Sequence record: MK250021.1
DNA: 64,000 nucleotides
Reading direction: 5' to 3' (one strand)
The position numbers and the translations under genes were made by a program. Below are positions 48,615-60,700 of the stretch, piece after piece; the stretch's first letter is position 1, and each line of letters begins with the position of its first letter. The notes beneath the pieces are model-generated. The model saw only the letters and a list, made by a program, of their open reading frames with translations, was not told the DNA's origin and searched no databases.

Positions 48615-49745
48615 ATGGATAGTAATATATTTGATACATCATCTTTGACAATTAAGAATATGTCAGATGATGAGTTTTATGAAGAGACAACATCAAAATT
48701 GTCTGAGATATTACAACATGAATTTAGAGGAATTCCATATAAGCAACAAATAAAGAAGACAGTAGATGGCTTAAATTTTGCATGTCCATTTTGTGGTGAT
48801 TCAGCAACAGATGTAAGAAAGAAACGTGCACATTTTATTCTTAAAGGAAATTGGTCTGGAAATTTTAAATGTTTCAATTGTGGAAAATTTATGAAAATTA
48901 ATAATTTTTTTAGAGCATTTGATGTACCGATGTCATTATCCGCAATTTCTTATGTTAATGAACATGTAACTAATTTAACACCATTCCATACAAATTCAAA
49001 TGAAGTTACATCAGAAGTTTTAGATAAATCTTCTGTTATACAATATTCCGTAAAGAAAGATTATATAAAGAAATATTTAGGATTATATGAGATTGATAAA
49101 AATAATATAAATTCTGTAGAAGGATATAATTATTTAATAGATAGATGTCAATATAATTTTAATAATTTTTTATATGATCCAAGGGGGAAATATATAGTTA
49201 TTTTAAATATAGTTGATACAGATAAAGTATTCGGTATTCAAATAAGAGATATAACAGGAAAGAAAAAAGCGAAGTATCTTACTATGTCTTTATCAAAAAT
49301 TCATAATAAGATATTAAAAGATGATATTGAAATACCGTCAAATGTAGAAGCATTATCAACTGTATTTAATATATTTAATATTGATTTATATAGGCCTATT
49401 CTTGTTACAGAAGGTCCATTTGATGCATTTCTTTTACCAAATTGTATAGCAACGTCAGGAGCCTCTAAATCCATAGGAATTGATTTGCCATTTTGGTTTG
49501 TATATGATTCTGATAAAACTGGAAATGAACATGCGATGAAAATGTTAGAGAAAGGATATAATGTTTTTATGTGGGAGAAACTAAAGAAAGATTTAGGATT
49601 ACCAAATAAAAATCCATATTCATCTAATAAGTTTAAATGGGATATTAATGACGTGATTAAATGGTGTCGTGATAATAATTATACACAAAAGATATATTGG
49701 TCTAAATATTTTTCTAATGATATGTTAGATGGATTAGACATTTGA
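48615..49745 (+). CDS. DNA primase (T4 gp61-like)
   Basis: CPFCGDS...CFNCG zinc finger; TOPRIM VTEGPFDAFLL, YDSDKTG, KWDIND. Confidence 0.92.
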   Translation: MDSNIFDTSSLTIKNMSDDEFYEETTSKLSEILQHEFRGIPYKQQIKKTVDGLNFACPFCGDSATDVRKKRAHFILKGNWSGNFKCFNCGKFMKINNFFRAFDVPMSLSAISYVNEHVTNLTPFHTNSNEVTSEVLDKSSVIQYSVKKDYIKKYLGLYEIDKNNINSVEGYNYLIDRCQYNFNNFLYDPRGKYIVILNIVDTDKVFGIQIRDITGKKKAKYLTMSLSKIHNKILKDDIEIPSNVEALSTVFNIFNIDLYRPILVTEGPFDAFLLPNCIATSGASKSIGIDLPFWFVYDSDKTGNEHAMKMLEKGYNVFMWEKLKKDLGLPNKNPYSSNKFKWDINDVIKWCRDNNYTQKIYWSKYFSNDMLDGLDI

Positions 49746-49803
49746 TAATAATTATTATATAATATTTAAAAGTAATAACATAAATTTTTAAATTGAATTA
49801 ATT

Positions 49804-50826
49804 ATGAAGAAAGAGAATATTTCAGAACTCTTGTCTAACGCGGATCAGAAGTTGTTGAAATCTGTTAAGGATGAATTTGGTAAGTTGTCTAATGTAGACA
49901 AAAAGAAAGTTATCGATTCTACTAATAGTATTATGGATTCATTCTGTGATGTATTGGGTATAGAGAATAAGTATAAGGTAACAGAAGATATGTTTACTGA
50001 TTGTAAGGATAAGTGTAAAGATATTAAGTCTAAACTTAAGAATAAAAAAGAAGATCTCAAAGATCTTGCATCAGATACACTTTCAAAACTTGGTATTTCT
50101 GATGAGTTTATTAAGAATTGGAAGATTGATGGAGATAAGATTTACATTGATGTTCAAATGCCTATTGAAGATGATAATGTTGCAGATATTGATTTGAATG
50201 TTGATGATGGAGGTGTTTCTTACGATGATTCACTTTATACTAGTATTAATAAGGATAATGATCCTGAATATGATGAAGCTGTAAAGCACGGAAAGATTAA
50301 AGAGGAAGATCATCCAGAATATTTTGATACTATAGGCGATGACGTAAATATTCCTAAGTATACACGTAAAAATAAAGTAAAGGATAAGAAATCTCGTAAG
50401 ATTAAGTTTAAGAATAATCTTAATATGCAACAGGTAAAACCTGTAGTAGAGCAAGAACAAGTTAAACCGTCTGTTCTTGATAGACTTAAATCTGAAGCAA
50501 AACCTGTTGAAAAGAAGAAAGAGATTGATTGGAATGAAATTAAGAAAATTCTTCTTGATAAGATTTGCGCAATTCTTGAGGATGAAAATACTCATGATTA
50601 TGTTGTATATCCACGAGAAGGTAATATTCCTGCATCTGTTCAGGTTGATTTACATGAAGTTTGTTCATGTGTAGTGGATAATTATAAAATTCTTGATGAT
50701 ATTGCAGAAGCACTTAAAGAAAAGTATGATTTTCCTGATGTATATATTCATGCAACAGAAGTAAAGGATTCATGTGATAAAGATTCAACAGTAACATTAT
50801 CAGTGGTAATGACATTGGAAGATTAA
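49804..50826 (+). CDS. Charged hypothetical protein
   Basis: 340-aa TAG-free ORF followed by a terminator. Confidence 0.8.
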   Translation: MKKENISELLSNADQKLLKSVKDEFGKLSNVDKKKVIDSTNSIMDSFCDVLGIENKYKVTEDMFTDCKDKCKDIKSKLKNKKEDLKDLASDTLSKLGISDEFIKNWKIDGDKIYIDVQMPIEDDNVADIDLNVDDGGVSYDDSLYTSINKDNDPEYDEAVKHGKIKEEDHPEYFDTIGDDVNIPKYTRKNKVKDKKSRKIKFKNNLNMQQVKPVVEQEQVKPSVLDRLKSEAKPVEKKKEIDWNEIKKILLDKICAILEDENTHDYVVYPREGNIPASVQVDLHEVCSCVVDNYKILDDIAEALKEKYDFPDVYIHATEVKDSCDKDSTVTLSVVMTLED

Positions 50827-51012
50827 ATTCTTTCATACTATAATAATTGATGAGTTTAATGCTAACCTATTTTTATAGGTTAGCATTTTTTATTTTATAC
50901 TGTTTTACTATCTTATAAATATAAAAATATGTTTATAGTTATTATTCTAAATTTATTCAGTTAAGAATAATAGATAAATAATAAAAAGAAAATTTATTTA
51001 ATAAAACATAAT

Positions 51013-54000
51013 ATGGGAAAAATTTCTATTGACTTATCTACTATAAAATCAGCTGGTATTTATACTATAGAAATCGATAACTCACAGAGAGAAGTAACTA
51101 ATCCTACTTCACTTCGTTTGTTACCTGGTTTTAATAACAAAGGTCCATTCAACCGTCCTGTATTCATGCAATATGAATCTGAACGTCAGAAGATCTTTGG
51201 TGATATTGACAGTAAGCTTGAGTAGAAAGGTTGTTTCTTTAATAGAATGGCATAGACTATGCTTAAGGATGGTCCTGTATTGGCACTTAATTTATTAAAG
51301 GTTGATGAATCAATTGATGGGCCTGATTAGGTAAACTATGCGGCTATGTCATTAGACTCATGCAAGGCCAACCCTAAGGTTGTAAATGCCGGTACAACAT
51401 ATGGTGAGTATGATTATTAGACAACAGAAAAAAATGATGGTATTGATAATATTTTATATGGTATTAAGCGTGGTGATGTAATACCATATGTAGGGAAAAC
51501 ACCATATGCAAGTTTATTTGATCGCGCGAGATTCTGGATTCCATCTAAGAATAATCTTCAAGCAGTTGCGGCAAATGGTTTGTCATCTAATGATCAAGGT
51601 TCATATGAGCATACAAACTTACTTAATTTCGCTAATACCGGAACAGATGAGATTTCTATTCTTGTTTATAAGCCGGAAAATATTACAGGTTATGATGTAA
51701 CAGCGAAAGAGTGGTATGGTGGCGATGAGAATATTCCTTATGGTTGGATTCGTCCATCAGATTATATTTCTGACTATTTCATTCGTGTCGTTGCTATAAA
51801 AGGAAACTGGACAAATTATCCTATTTTGTCAAATGATCCAATATGGGGAAAATACTTTGATAAAAATGGTGTAATTAAAAATAAGGTATCTACATTATGC
51901 TCAGCAGAAGGTGTTACATTTATTGGTTCTTGGACCGGTACAATTATTCCAGATTTTACAGATAAACAGGGTAATTACATGTATATTGAATCTAAAGTAA
52001 ATGCTAATACAGAACAAACAGGTCTTTTAATGTCTGTTAATGAAGATGCTCTTCAAGTCATTTCATATGATAAGAATGGTATTGATAATCCAACTGGTAA
52101 TAAAAACGGTAGAGGTACATGGATATTTGATTTTGATGAGAATAAACAAGGTGAATCTGAGTTAGGTGAAGACGCAATTCAAGATAGTGGTTATCTTATT
52201 GATATGGTAGGTCATAATATTCAATATGGCTTTCAGAAAAATGATTACTATTTGAATCTTGCACACCCTTTGAGTAATAGTACATTAGAAAAATATCCTA
52301 CATATTATTTCTTAAAAACAAAAGGCAGTAATAATATTAGTACTGATGATAATACAGTTAGTAATGCGGTATTCCCATTAATGTTTAATGGTAGAAATAC
52401 GGAAGATACATCAGATGATATAAAAAAAGAAGCAACAGTTAGAGTTTTATATACTAATGAAACTCAAAAAACTAATACTCCTGATTTTTATAAGGCTTAT
52501 ATTGTATGTGATAAAAAATCAAAGAATAATGATGTTGCAGATACATTAACAGGTGATAGAAATATTTACGTAATATTACCAGTATCTGATAAAAATGCGT
52601 TGAAAAAAAGTACTGACGAAATTAAGACACTTAAAGCATATTCATAGAAGGATAAGAATGTATCTTATAATATTAGTACTGATGAGATAACTAATAAAAC
52701 AATTGCTCAAGTTATAAAAACAACAGTAACAGAATTATCACTTAAGGAAGTTCCTGTAAAAGCAGATACAAACGATAATTATGTTTATCAAAATAAATCA
52801 ATGTATTATGGTACATATGGTTTAGCTGATTATACAAAAGCATCAATTTAGATTTTCTCTATTATTGGTGGTACTACATCTGAAAGCTATGCAGTTATAA
52901 GAGATAATGGTATTATATCAACTAAAACATTAAATAATACATTGATAAAAACTAATGTTGCAACAAAAACTAAAATATCTGATACGGCAACTTCAGAAAA
53001 AGATGTATACACATTTAGTTATGCGGGAAATGATTATGCATTTGATGCGTAGAATATCTTATATAAGAATGTAAGTTCTGAAACCTCTGCATATACAGGT
53101 GTTAACTTTATGTCTTATAATTATCTTACAAATGATCCAGGAGAGATAATAACAAATGTATATAGTGCATATTATTTCAATGGATATATAAATAAGTCTG
53201 ATAATTCAGCGGTAGTTAGCTTGTCAGATGAAAAATTGCTGTATGATGTAGATAATACACCGGTATCAAAAGATAATTTGAATATGTTTATTATAACAAA
53301 TGATATAGAAGCTACAAATATATCTGTTGGTGATTATGTAAATAATATATCATTTAACAATAATATAGGTGAAGCAGAAACATATAATTTGATTCCAGGT
53401 ATTACAAGAATTATTACTAAGGTATTTGTCAATGTAGATGCGTGTGAAGAGTTTACTTATAAAGGTAAGAAATATCATATTAATGTTGCTAATTTAAGTA
53501 ATGGACAGTTAATTGAAACCAAAGCCGGTAAGAGAGGATTTTATTTGTTTACTGCATTGGATCCTGTATATATTTCTAATACAAATTATGTTAAACGTCA
53601 AAAACCTTTAACATCAGATATTATTTCTCATACATTGAAGTTCATTCCTCTTAAAGGCTTACATATTTCTGCAAAACATCGTCCAGGATATGATGCTAAT
53701 GGTAAACCTGATATTGAAGGAGGTATTGAGAAGATTTATTCAATGCTCGAGGACGACGGAATTCACAGAGGACTTTGTAATCCTAATATGGTTGATTATC
53801 GTTATATCGTTGATTCAATGTCATATGGTTTATCAAATGAAATGGGTGGTAAGAAATACCTTGCAATTCTTGCGAAGGATCGTATGAAGACAACAGCTTT
53901 GCTTAATCTTCCATCTAAGAGACAGTTTGAACTTTCTACAGATCCATGTTTCTGCGATACTTATGATTAGGGTGTTTATACAAAACCTTCATTCGATACT

Positions 54001-54702
54001 AAGTATATTCCTCAAGGTGGTAATACTGATATGTATTCAACTACAATGTTTACACTTCCTACAGAAGATGATGGTTCTAAGTTCGCAGCAGCTTTCTGGC
54101 CTCACTTAGTATATAATGTAAACGGCAGAAAGATTAATGTTCCACCAGCAGCTGATGTATGTAACGTGCTTATCCGTAAGTTCAACGGAGGTGATCCGTA
54201 TGTAATTGCAGCTAATAGAAACGGTATCATTAGAAATTCTGATGTTTCTGGTATTGAGTTTAATGCAGATACTACAGATAGAAATTATCTTGAGCCATTC
54301 GGAGTTAATACAATTATTCAGGAAGGTAATAATATACTTATCTACGGTAACCAAACATGTTATCAAACAACAAAGAGCGATTTCAATAAGTTACATGTTC
54401 GCGAGAACCTTAATACTCTTGAAATTGCATGTGAGGATGTTCTTAAGCAATATAACTTCTTGTATAACACTCCAGCAGTTCGTGCTTCAGTTGTTACTGC
54501 GCTTACTCCAATTCTCGAAACTATGAAATTGTCTAACGCGATTGAAAGTTATGAGATTGTATGTGATGAGTCAAACAACACACCGGACATCATAGCAGAA
54601 GATTTTGGAATAGTGGACATAAGTGTTATAATGTCACATGGAATGGAACGCATTGTCCAAAGAATTACGTTGAATCGTAGAGATACATTACAAAATTCAT
54701 AA
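51013..54702 (+). CDS. Contractile tail sheath protein (gp18-like), 1229 aa
   Basis: SAGIYTIEIDNS N-terminus; C-terminal VPPAADV, AANRNG, IYGNQT, KLHVRE, CDESNNTPDII; four fragments joined via TAG. Confidence 0.93.
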
Positions 54703-54814
54703 TATATTTAAATAGGTTAGAATTATATATTCTAACCTATTTTTTATTTTTAATCTTTTTATATAACTTTTTCCATAATTTATTATATAATATATAAATA
54801 TTAAAATTTTGTCA

Positions 54815-56632
54815 ATGAATGATAATTTAATAATACAGCGATTTATAACAAGTAAAGATAAAATTAATCCTCATTATAAACAAATTATAAATAGTAATCA
54901 AGAAATAAAAAATTATTTAGATAATCGTTATACTGATGGTAATGATGATTATTGCGAAACATTATATAGAATTCAACATCATATAGAAACACATCCAGTA
55001 TGTCCAAATTGTGGGAAATATGTTAGATATATAAATGGAACGGGCTATAGAGAATCATGTTCAGTAAGTTGTAGTAAAAAATATATAAAAGAAAAAAGTA
55101 ATAATATTATTACAGATGATATAATTAAAAATGATTATTTAGAGAATAATAAGATAAACACAAATAAATTACAAATTAAATATATTAAAGAACATGGATA
55201 TGAGAATTATTTATTAAATAGATATAAAGATACTAAAAATTTTGGGGAAGTAATTTACAGAATATGTAATAATATATCTGAAATACCCAAGTGTAAAGTA
55301 TGTAATAAACAAGTAAAATTTTTAAGTTTAATAAATGGTTATGATGATGTATGTTCAGATAGATGTAAAAATATTTCATTATTACCAGAAATAACTGATG
55401 ATTATATAAAATCATTAGATAAGAAAGGTGGTTTATTTAAAGGTATATGGTATGGTCATGATAAAATTGAGGAATATTTAAAAAATAAGTTTAAAGAAGA
55501 ATATAGGTCATATGATGAAGCAATTTATATGGTATTAGAAAATTTAAAACATATTCCAAGATGTCCAGTTTGTGGGAAACTTTTAATGTTTAAAAAAGAT
55601 AGATCTCAGTTTAGTAGTAGATTTATGAAATATTGTTCACATGAATGTCAATCAATAGGTAAACGTTTAAAAACAATTAATAAGATAAAAAAATTAACAG
55701 GGTTTAATATTGAGTTAATTAATAACAATCAATATAAATTTATTAATGTATGTGATATTCATAAAGAATTCATTTTAACACATGATCAATTTCATAATAG
55801 GTGTTCAACGACAAGATATATGTATGGAGTATTATGTCCAATTTGTAATCCTGAAAGAAATCCACAAACTTCTATTGAAACTATTATGAAAGATATATTA
55901 GATAATTTAAAAATAAATTATATTCAACATGATAGAAAAATAATAGCTCCAAAAGAATTGGATTTTTATTTACCTGATTATAAAATAGGAATAGAATGTA
56001 ATGGCACATATTGGCACAGTACAGATAAAAAAGATAAAGATTATCATATAAACAAATATAATTTATGTAAAGATAAAGATATACAATTATTATCGTTTTG
56101 GGAATATGATATTAAACATAATGAAAGTTTTATTACTAATATTCTAAAGATATATACAGATAAAATAGATAATTATATTATATTAAATAATAATTATGAA
56201 ATTAAGTCTATTGATAATAAAACATATAAGAATTTTTTAAAAACTTATGATTTGGATAGAAATAATAAAAGAGTTTCTGAAAAGTATGGATTATTTGTAA
56301 ATGATAAATTAATATATGTTATAGGATTTAATTATAATAAAACAAATATGCATATTATTAAAATATGTTCAAGGTATAATTATTATATAAATGATATTAT
56401 ATATTATTTTATAAAGTTTTTAAAATATGATAATAAAATAATTATAGATGTTAATAATGATATTGGTGATATTTATAATATAAAGAAATATAGTAATTAT
56501 TTAAAAACTGTTGATAATTATACAGAATTTAAAGTTAAGAAAGATGATACAGTATTAGCAAAAAAGAATGATAAATTTATAGTAAAATGTTATGGTAGTG
56601 GAATAATACAATATGAATTTAATAAATGTTAA
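54815..56632 (+). CDS. Free-standing homing-endonuclease-like protein (three Zn-ribbon repeats + Vsr/DUF559-like nuclease)
   Basis: P.C..CGK/CNK...CS..C x3; KELDFYLPDYKIGIECNGTYWHS..K...C..KDIQLLSFWEYD. Confidence 0.75.
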   Translation: MNDNLIIQRFITSKDKINPHYKQIINSNQEIKNYLDNRYTDGNDDYCETLYRIQHHIETHPVCPNCGKYVRYINGTGYRESCSVSCSKKYIKEKSNNIITDDIIKNDYLENNKINTNKLQIKYIKEHGYENYLLNRYKDTKNFGEVIYRICNNISEIPKCKVCNKQVKFLSLINGYDDVCSDRCKNISLLPEITDDYIKSLDKKGGLFKGIWYGHDKIEEYLKNKFKEEYRSYDEAIYMVLENLKHIPRCPVCGKLLMFKKDRSQFSSRFMKYCSHECQSIGKRLKTINKIKKLTGFNIELINNNQYKFINVCDIHKEFILTHDQFHNRCSTTRYMYGVLCPICNPERNPQTSIETIMKDILDNLKINYIQHDRKIIAPKELDFYLPDYKIGIECNGTYWHSTDKKDKDYHINKYNLCKDKDIQLLSFWEYDIKHNESFITNILKIYTDKIDNYIILNNNYEIKSIDNKTYKNFLKTYDLDRNNKRVSEKYGLFVNDKLIYVIGFNYNKTNMHIIKICSRYNYYINDIIYYFIKFLKYDNKIIIDVNNDIGDIYNIKKYSNYLKTVDNYTEFKVKKDDTVLAKKNDKFIVKCYGSGIIQYEFNKC

Positions 56633-56684
56633 TTTATGAACTATTGTATATTTTTATTATATAGTAATATAGAGTTATTAAATA

Positions 56685-57161
56685 ATGAAGGTTATGAAGA
56701 CAAATATTAATATAAAGAATAAGAAAGCATATTTTGATTATACTTTTATAGAGACATTTATAGCAGGTATTATATTAACAGGAACAGAGATTAAATCTAT
56801 AAGGCAAGGTAAAGCATCTCTTGTAGATACATTCTGTTATGTTAAAGATAATAGGGAAGTATGGATGACAAATTCTTATATAGCACCATATGAAAATAGT
56901 GGATATATTAAACATGAAGAAAGACGTCAGAGAAAACTTCTTCTGAATAAGAATGAGATTAAAAGATTATATAGGGAAACAAGAATTCCGGGTATTACAA
57001 TTGTTCCTGTGAGAATGTTTATAAATGAAAGAGGATTATGTAAAGTAGAGATTGCTTTATGTAAAGGTAAAAAAGAATATGATAAGAGAGATTCTATTAA
57101 GGAAAAAGATAATAAGAGAAATCTTGATAGAGTTATGAAGAATTATACATATGTTAATTAA
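56685..57161 (+). CDS. smpB: SsrA-binding protein SmpB
   Basis: [49 protein letters not shown]. Confidence 0.96.
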   Translation: MKVMKTNINIKNKKAYFDYTFIETFIAGIILTGTEIKSIRQGKASLVDTFCYVKDNREVWMTNSYIAPYENSGYIKHEERRQRKLLLNKNEIKRLYRETRIPGITIVPVRMFINERGLCKVEIALCKGKKEYDKRDSIKEKDNKRNLDRVMKNYTYVN

Positions 57162-57231
57162 ATTATAGAATATCATATTGTAATATTAGTTAATTGATAA
57201 ATATATTAAAGTATATTTTTCTAATCTAATC

Positions 57232-58137
57232 ATGAAATATATAAAATTATGTGGTACTAAAAAAGCATTAGACGAAACAATATGTTCAATTAAACATGGA
57301 GATGGCGCTTATGTATTTAATGTAAAGAATACATCAGATAATTTAACATTTTATAATGAAATACATCCAGGACCAAACTGTATACATGTTGAAAATATAA
57401 ATATGAAGCCATTAAAGATTGATTCATCATCAATTAAATAGAATTTTGAAATTGGAGATGTTTTATATTCAACACTTGATGGTAAATTAACATTAGATGA
57501 AACAACAGATGATAAGAAAAATATAGCTATTGCTATTTGTGTAATTCCTTCTGTTTTGGAAAATTTTGAAAAAGGTGATCAATCAGATGACGCTGTTGAA
57601 ACTGCACGATTTATTGCTCTTGAATATATGACATATGATATAGAGCATCTTGAGTTAACAAGAGATACTGATTAGGAAAATCGAAAAATAATGTTTGGTA
57701 ATTATAGTGTAACAATAGGAAATAGATATGGAGATAAAACTTCATGTGTTGGTGGTAAAATAAATACATAGAAATGTTTAGATAAGTCATATAATTAGGA
57801 TTCACGTTTATGTAATGGAATTACTAATAATCCTGGTGCTGGATATTGTCCAGCAGCATGTTCTTGTGTTGCATATTCAACAATAGGTACAAAACCAGGA
57901 GATTGGTATTTACCTTCACCTGGTGAAATGACAGCGTTTATTAATAATAAAACACTTATAAATAATAAGAAGAAATAGTTAAACGGAACTACATTTGGTA
58001 ATTATTATTATTGGACTTGCTTAGAGTATAATAATAATTATAATTATTGTGTACATTTTAGTGATCCAACGCCACGCTGGCAAGGTGCGAAAAATGTAAC
58101 TGCACATGTTATTTCTTTTTTATCAGTTTCATTATAA
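57232..58137 (+). CDS. DUF1566/C-type-lectin-fold protein, DGR-target-like (301 aa)
   Basis: GTKPGDWYLPSPGEM...YYYWTCLEY..CVHF..K....HVISFL; TAG readthrough to TAA 58135. Confidence 0.7.
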
Positions 58138-58215
58138 TATAATTTTATGTAATATATTAAAACTAAAATCTAATTTTACAGTATAAATTATTGTAAAATT
58201 AGATTTTTTATTTTT

Positions 58216-59106
58216 ATGGAAAAGTATAATGTATTCCTTGGAGGAACATGTGCGGAATCTACATGGAGAGATTAGTTAATACCTATGTTGGATTAGTATA
58301 ACATAACATATTTTAACCCTGTAGTTGATGATTGGACAGAAGAATGTCAGGTAATCGAGAATTGGCATAAAGAGAACGATGATTATAATTTGTTTGTAAT
58401 TACGAAAGAAATGCAAGGTTGTTTCTCTATTGCAGAAGTTGTTGATTTATCTAATAAGAAACCCGCATAGACTTTATTCTGCGTCTTATATGATGGAATG
58501 GAAAAGTTTATGGTTAAATCATGTAAAGCTACATCTGATCTTGTTAAAAAGAATGGAGGAATTATATTAGATACATTGGAAGATATTGCAGATTATCTTA
58601 ATGGAAAGATTAACCAAACAACAGATAATGATATGTTTGAATATACTAATATACAAGAGATTAAACCAGATTCCGAAGTTCAAGATATTAATGATGAATT
58701 TAATGATGTTCCAAAGATATTTCTTGCAGGAACAATAGATATGGGAAATTCAGTAGATTGGTAGAATTATCTTTGTAAATTCCTTGATGAACATAATAAG
58801 AGATGCGTGATATTTAATCCTCGAAGAAATGTTTGGTCTGATAATAAATTAGATGAATTCGAATATCAAGTTAATTGGGAATTAAATCATCTTGAAGAAT
58901 CTGATATTATATTGATGAATATTTTAGGAACAAGTAAATCTCCTATTACATTATTGGAGATGGGATTGTTTATGAAATCAGGGAAGTTGGTAGTTATATG
59001 TGAAAAAGATTTTTATAGATATGGTAATGTTGAAATAACATGTCATAAATATAATGTTCCGTTATATAATAATTTAGAGGAATATCTAAATAATAATATA
59101 AATTAA
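58216..59106 (+). CDS. Tandem nucleoside 2-deoxyribosyltransferase-like (Nuc_deoxyri_tr2) double-domain protein, 296 aa
   Basis: Domain 1 VFLGGTC..WRD..YFNPVVDDW..SIAEV; domain 2 IFLAGTIDMG..WQ..FNPRR..QVNWEL..SPITLLEMG. Confidence 0.8.
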
Positions 59107-59108
59107 TT

Positions 59109-60134
59109 ATGAAAAAACTTAATATTAAGAAGATATTAAAGAATACATGGTTATGTATTAAATATCCATTTTTGTATCCAAGAAATAGATTTACAGATGA
59201 ACATTATAATAATAGAAAAATATCAAATAAAATTTGGGATTTAAGAAATAATGGTATTAAAACAATATCAATAAAAGTATTAAAAGAAGATGATTTTAAT
59301 AACGAATTAAAATCATTATTAGCAAAAAAAGATAATGTTGATAGGAAAACTACAATATCTTTTGATTATAAAGGTTCCAATATAACATTAAGACATCATA
59401 ATATTCCAAATTGTTCTATAGAGTTAACAGTAATTCGTGATGGTAAAGAAATATATAATACTATATATAAGTTAGATGAATATCATATTATATATAATGC
59501 ATTATTTTATATAACAACAAGGAAAACATTATCAGGTGATATTATAAATCCTGTTATATATGTTTCAGTTAAATCAATAGATGATGCAAAAGATAATCTA
59601 TTTAAATATGTAACCCTTAATATAATTAAATATGCAAATATTAAATTATATCTATATAAAAAATTAAATTCATTTTTAGGATTATTCCATATATTACCAT
59701 CTTATACAGAATTAGATTCATTAGATAAAGGATGGAGAATAAGATTTGGTGAAGATATATGTAAAGACATAAGGAATAGTTTATTGCATACATATACTAA
59801 AGAAATTAAAAATAAAATTTCTATTTCTTATATAATAGCATATGTAAAAGGAATACGTATGTTATTGAATTACAGGATTGAACAGATTAAAGAGAAATAC
59901 GGAGGTCTCCGTTGGTATTCTAATGGAGATACAGAAGAAATACATAATATTATAAACAAATATGAAACTATTTCTTATAATACATGTATAGTATGCGGTA
60001 AACCTGCAAAATATATAACTAAAGGATGGATTTGTCCTTATTGTGAAGAACATGTTCCAGATAAAGATAGAGCAAGTTTAATAAAAAAAGGTGAAACTCC
60101 ATATGAAACTATTAATAATGAAAATCCTTTTTAA
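59109..60134 (+). CDS. Hypothetical phage protein with QIKEKYGGLRWY and C-terminal CxxC-CxxC
   Basis: Motifs read in the ORF. Confidence 0.75.
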   Translation: MKKLNIKKILKNTWLCIKYPFLYPRNRFTDEHYNNRKISNKIWDLRNNGIKTISIKVLKEDDFNNELKSLLAKKDNVDRKTTISFDYKGSNITLRHHNIPNCSIELTVIRDGKEIYNTIYKLDEYHIIYNALFYITTRKTLSGDIINPVIYVSVKSIDDAKDNLFKYVTLNIIKYANIKLYLYKKLNSFLGLFHILPSYTELDSLDKGWRIRFGEDICKDIRNSLLHTYTKEIKNKISISYIIAYVKGIRMLLNYRIEQIKEKYGGLRWYSNGDTEEIHNIINKYETISYNTCIVCGKPAKYITKGWICPYCEEHVPDKDRASLIKKGETPYETINNENPF

Positions 60135-60136
60135 TT

Positions 60137-60694
60137 ATGAGTAATAAGATTTTAAAATTACCGGGAAATGTATATTATGAAGTTGTTTCAAATAATGAGA
60201 AAAACTGTGATAATTGTTCATTTGCTGGAAATTGTGGAAATTGTTGGTTAACATGTAACGGTTATCAGTGTGATATAGATAATAAGAAATTTATATATCG
60301 ACGATTACCAGATTTATTTAGTGGTTATCAAAATGATGATAATTATAAACAGATATTAGATATTGTAGAAAATACAAAGGTAAATGATTTTCTATCAGAA
60401 CAAGAACAAGATATGATTAAGTTGGTTATTAATACATATCTTAAACATGATGAACATTATCTCGTGAAAGATGGTAGAATTCTCTATAACAAGACTTTTG
60501 CATTGAGGCTATATAATTTCTTATCTGATATAAAATCGGATGATACAGAAGAAATAAACAAGCTTAATGGAAGTGTTTCATTTGCTAAGGGATTATTGAA
60601 TTTACAATTGAAAACTTGTACAGATGAAAAAGAGTTTGATTATTTCAAGAATGTTGGGTTGTGTGATGAGAATAATAATGTTAAATTAGTCTGA
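60137..60694 (+). CDS. Hypothetical protein, Cys-rich N-terminus
   Basis: 185-aa ORF. Confidence 0.7.
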   Translation: MSNKILKLPGNVYYEVVSNNEKNCDNCSFAGNCGNCWLTCNGYQCDIDNKKFIYRRLPDLFSGYQNDDNYKQILDIVENTKVNDFLSEQEQDMIKLVINTYLKHDEHYLVKDGRILYNKTFALRLYNFLSDIKSDDTEEINKLNGSVSFAKGLLNLQLKTCTDEKEFDYFKNVGLCDENNNVKLV

Positions 60695-60700
60695 TATATT

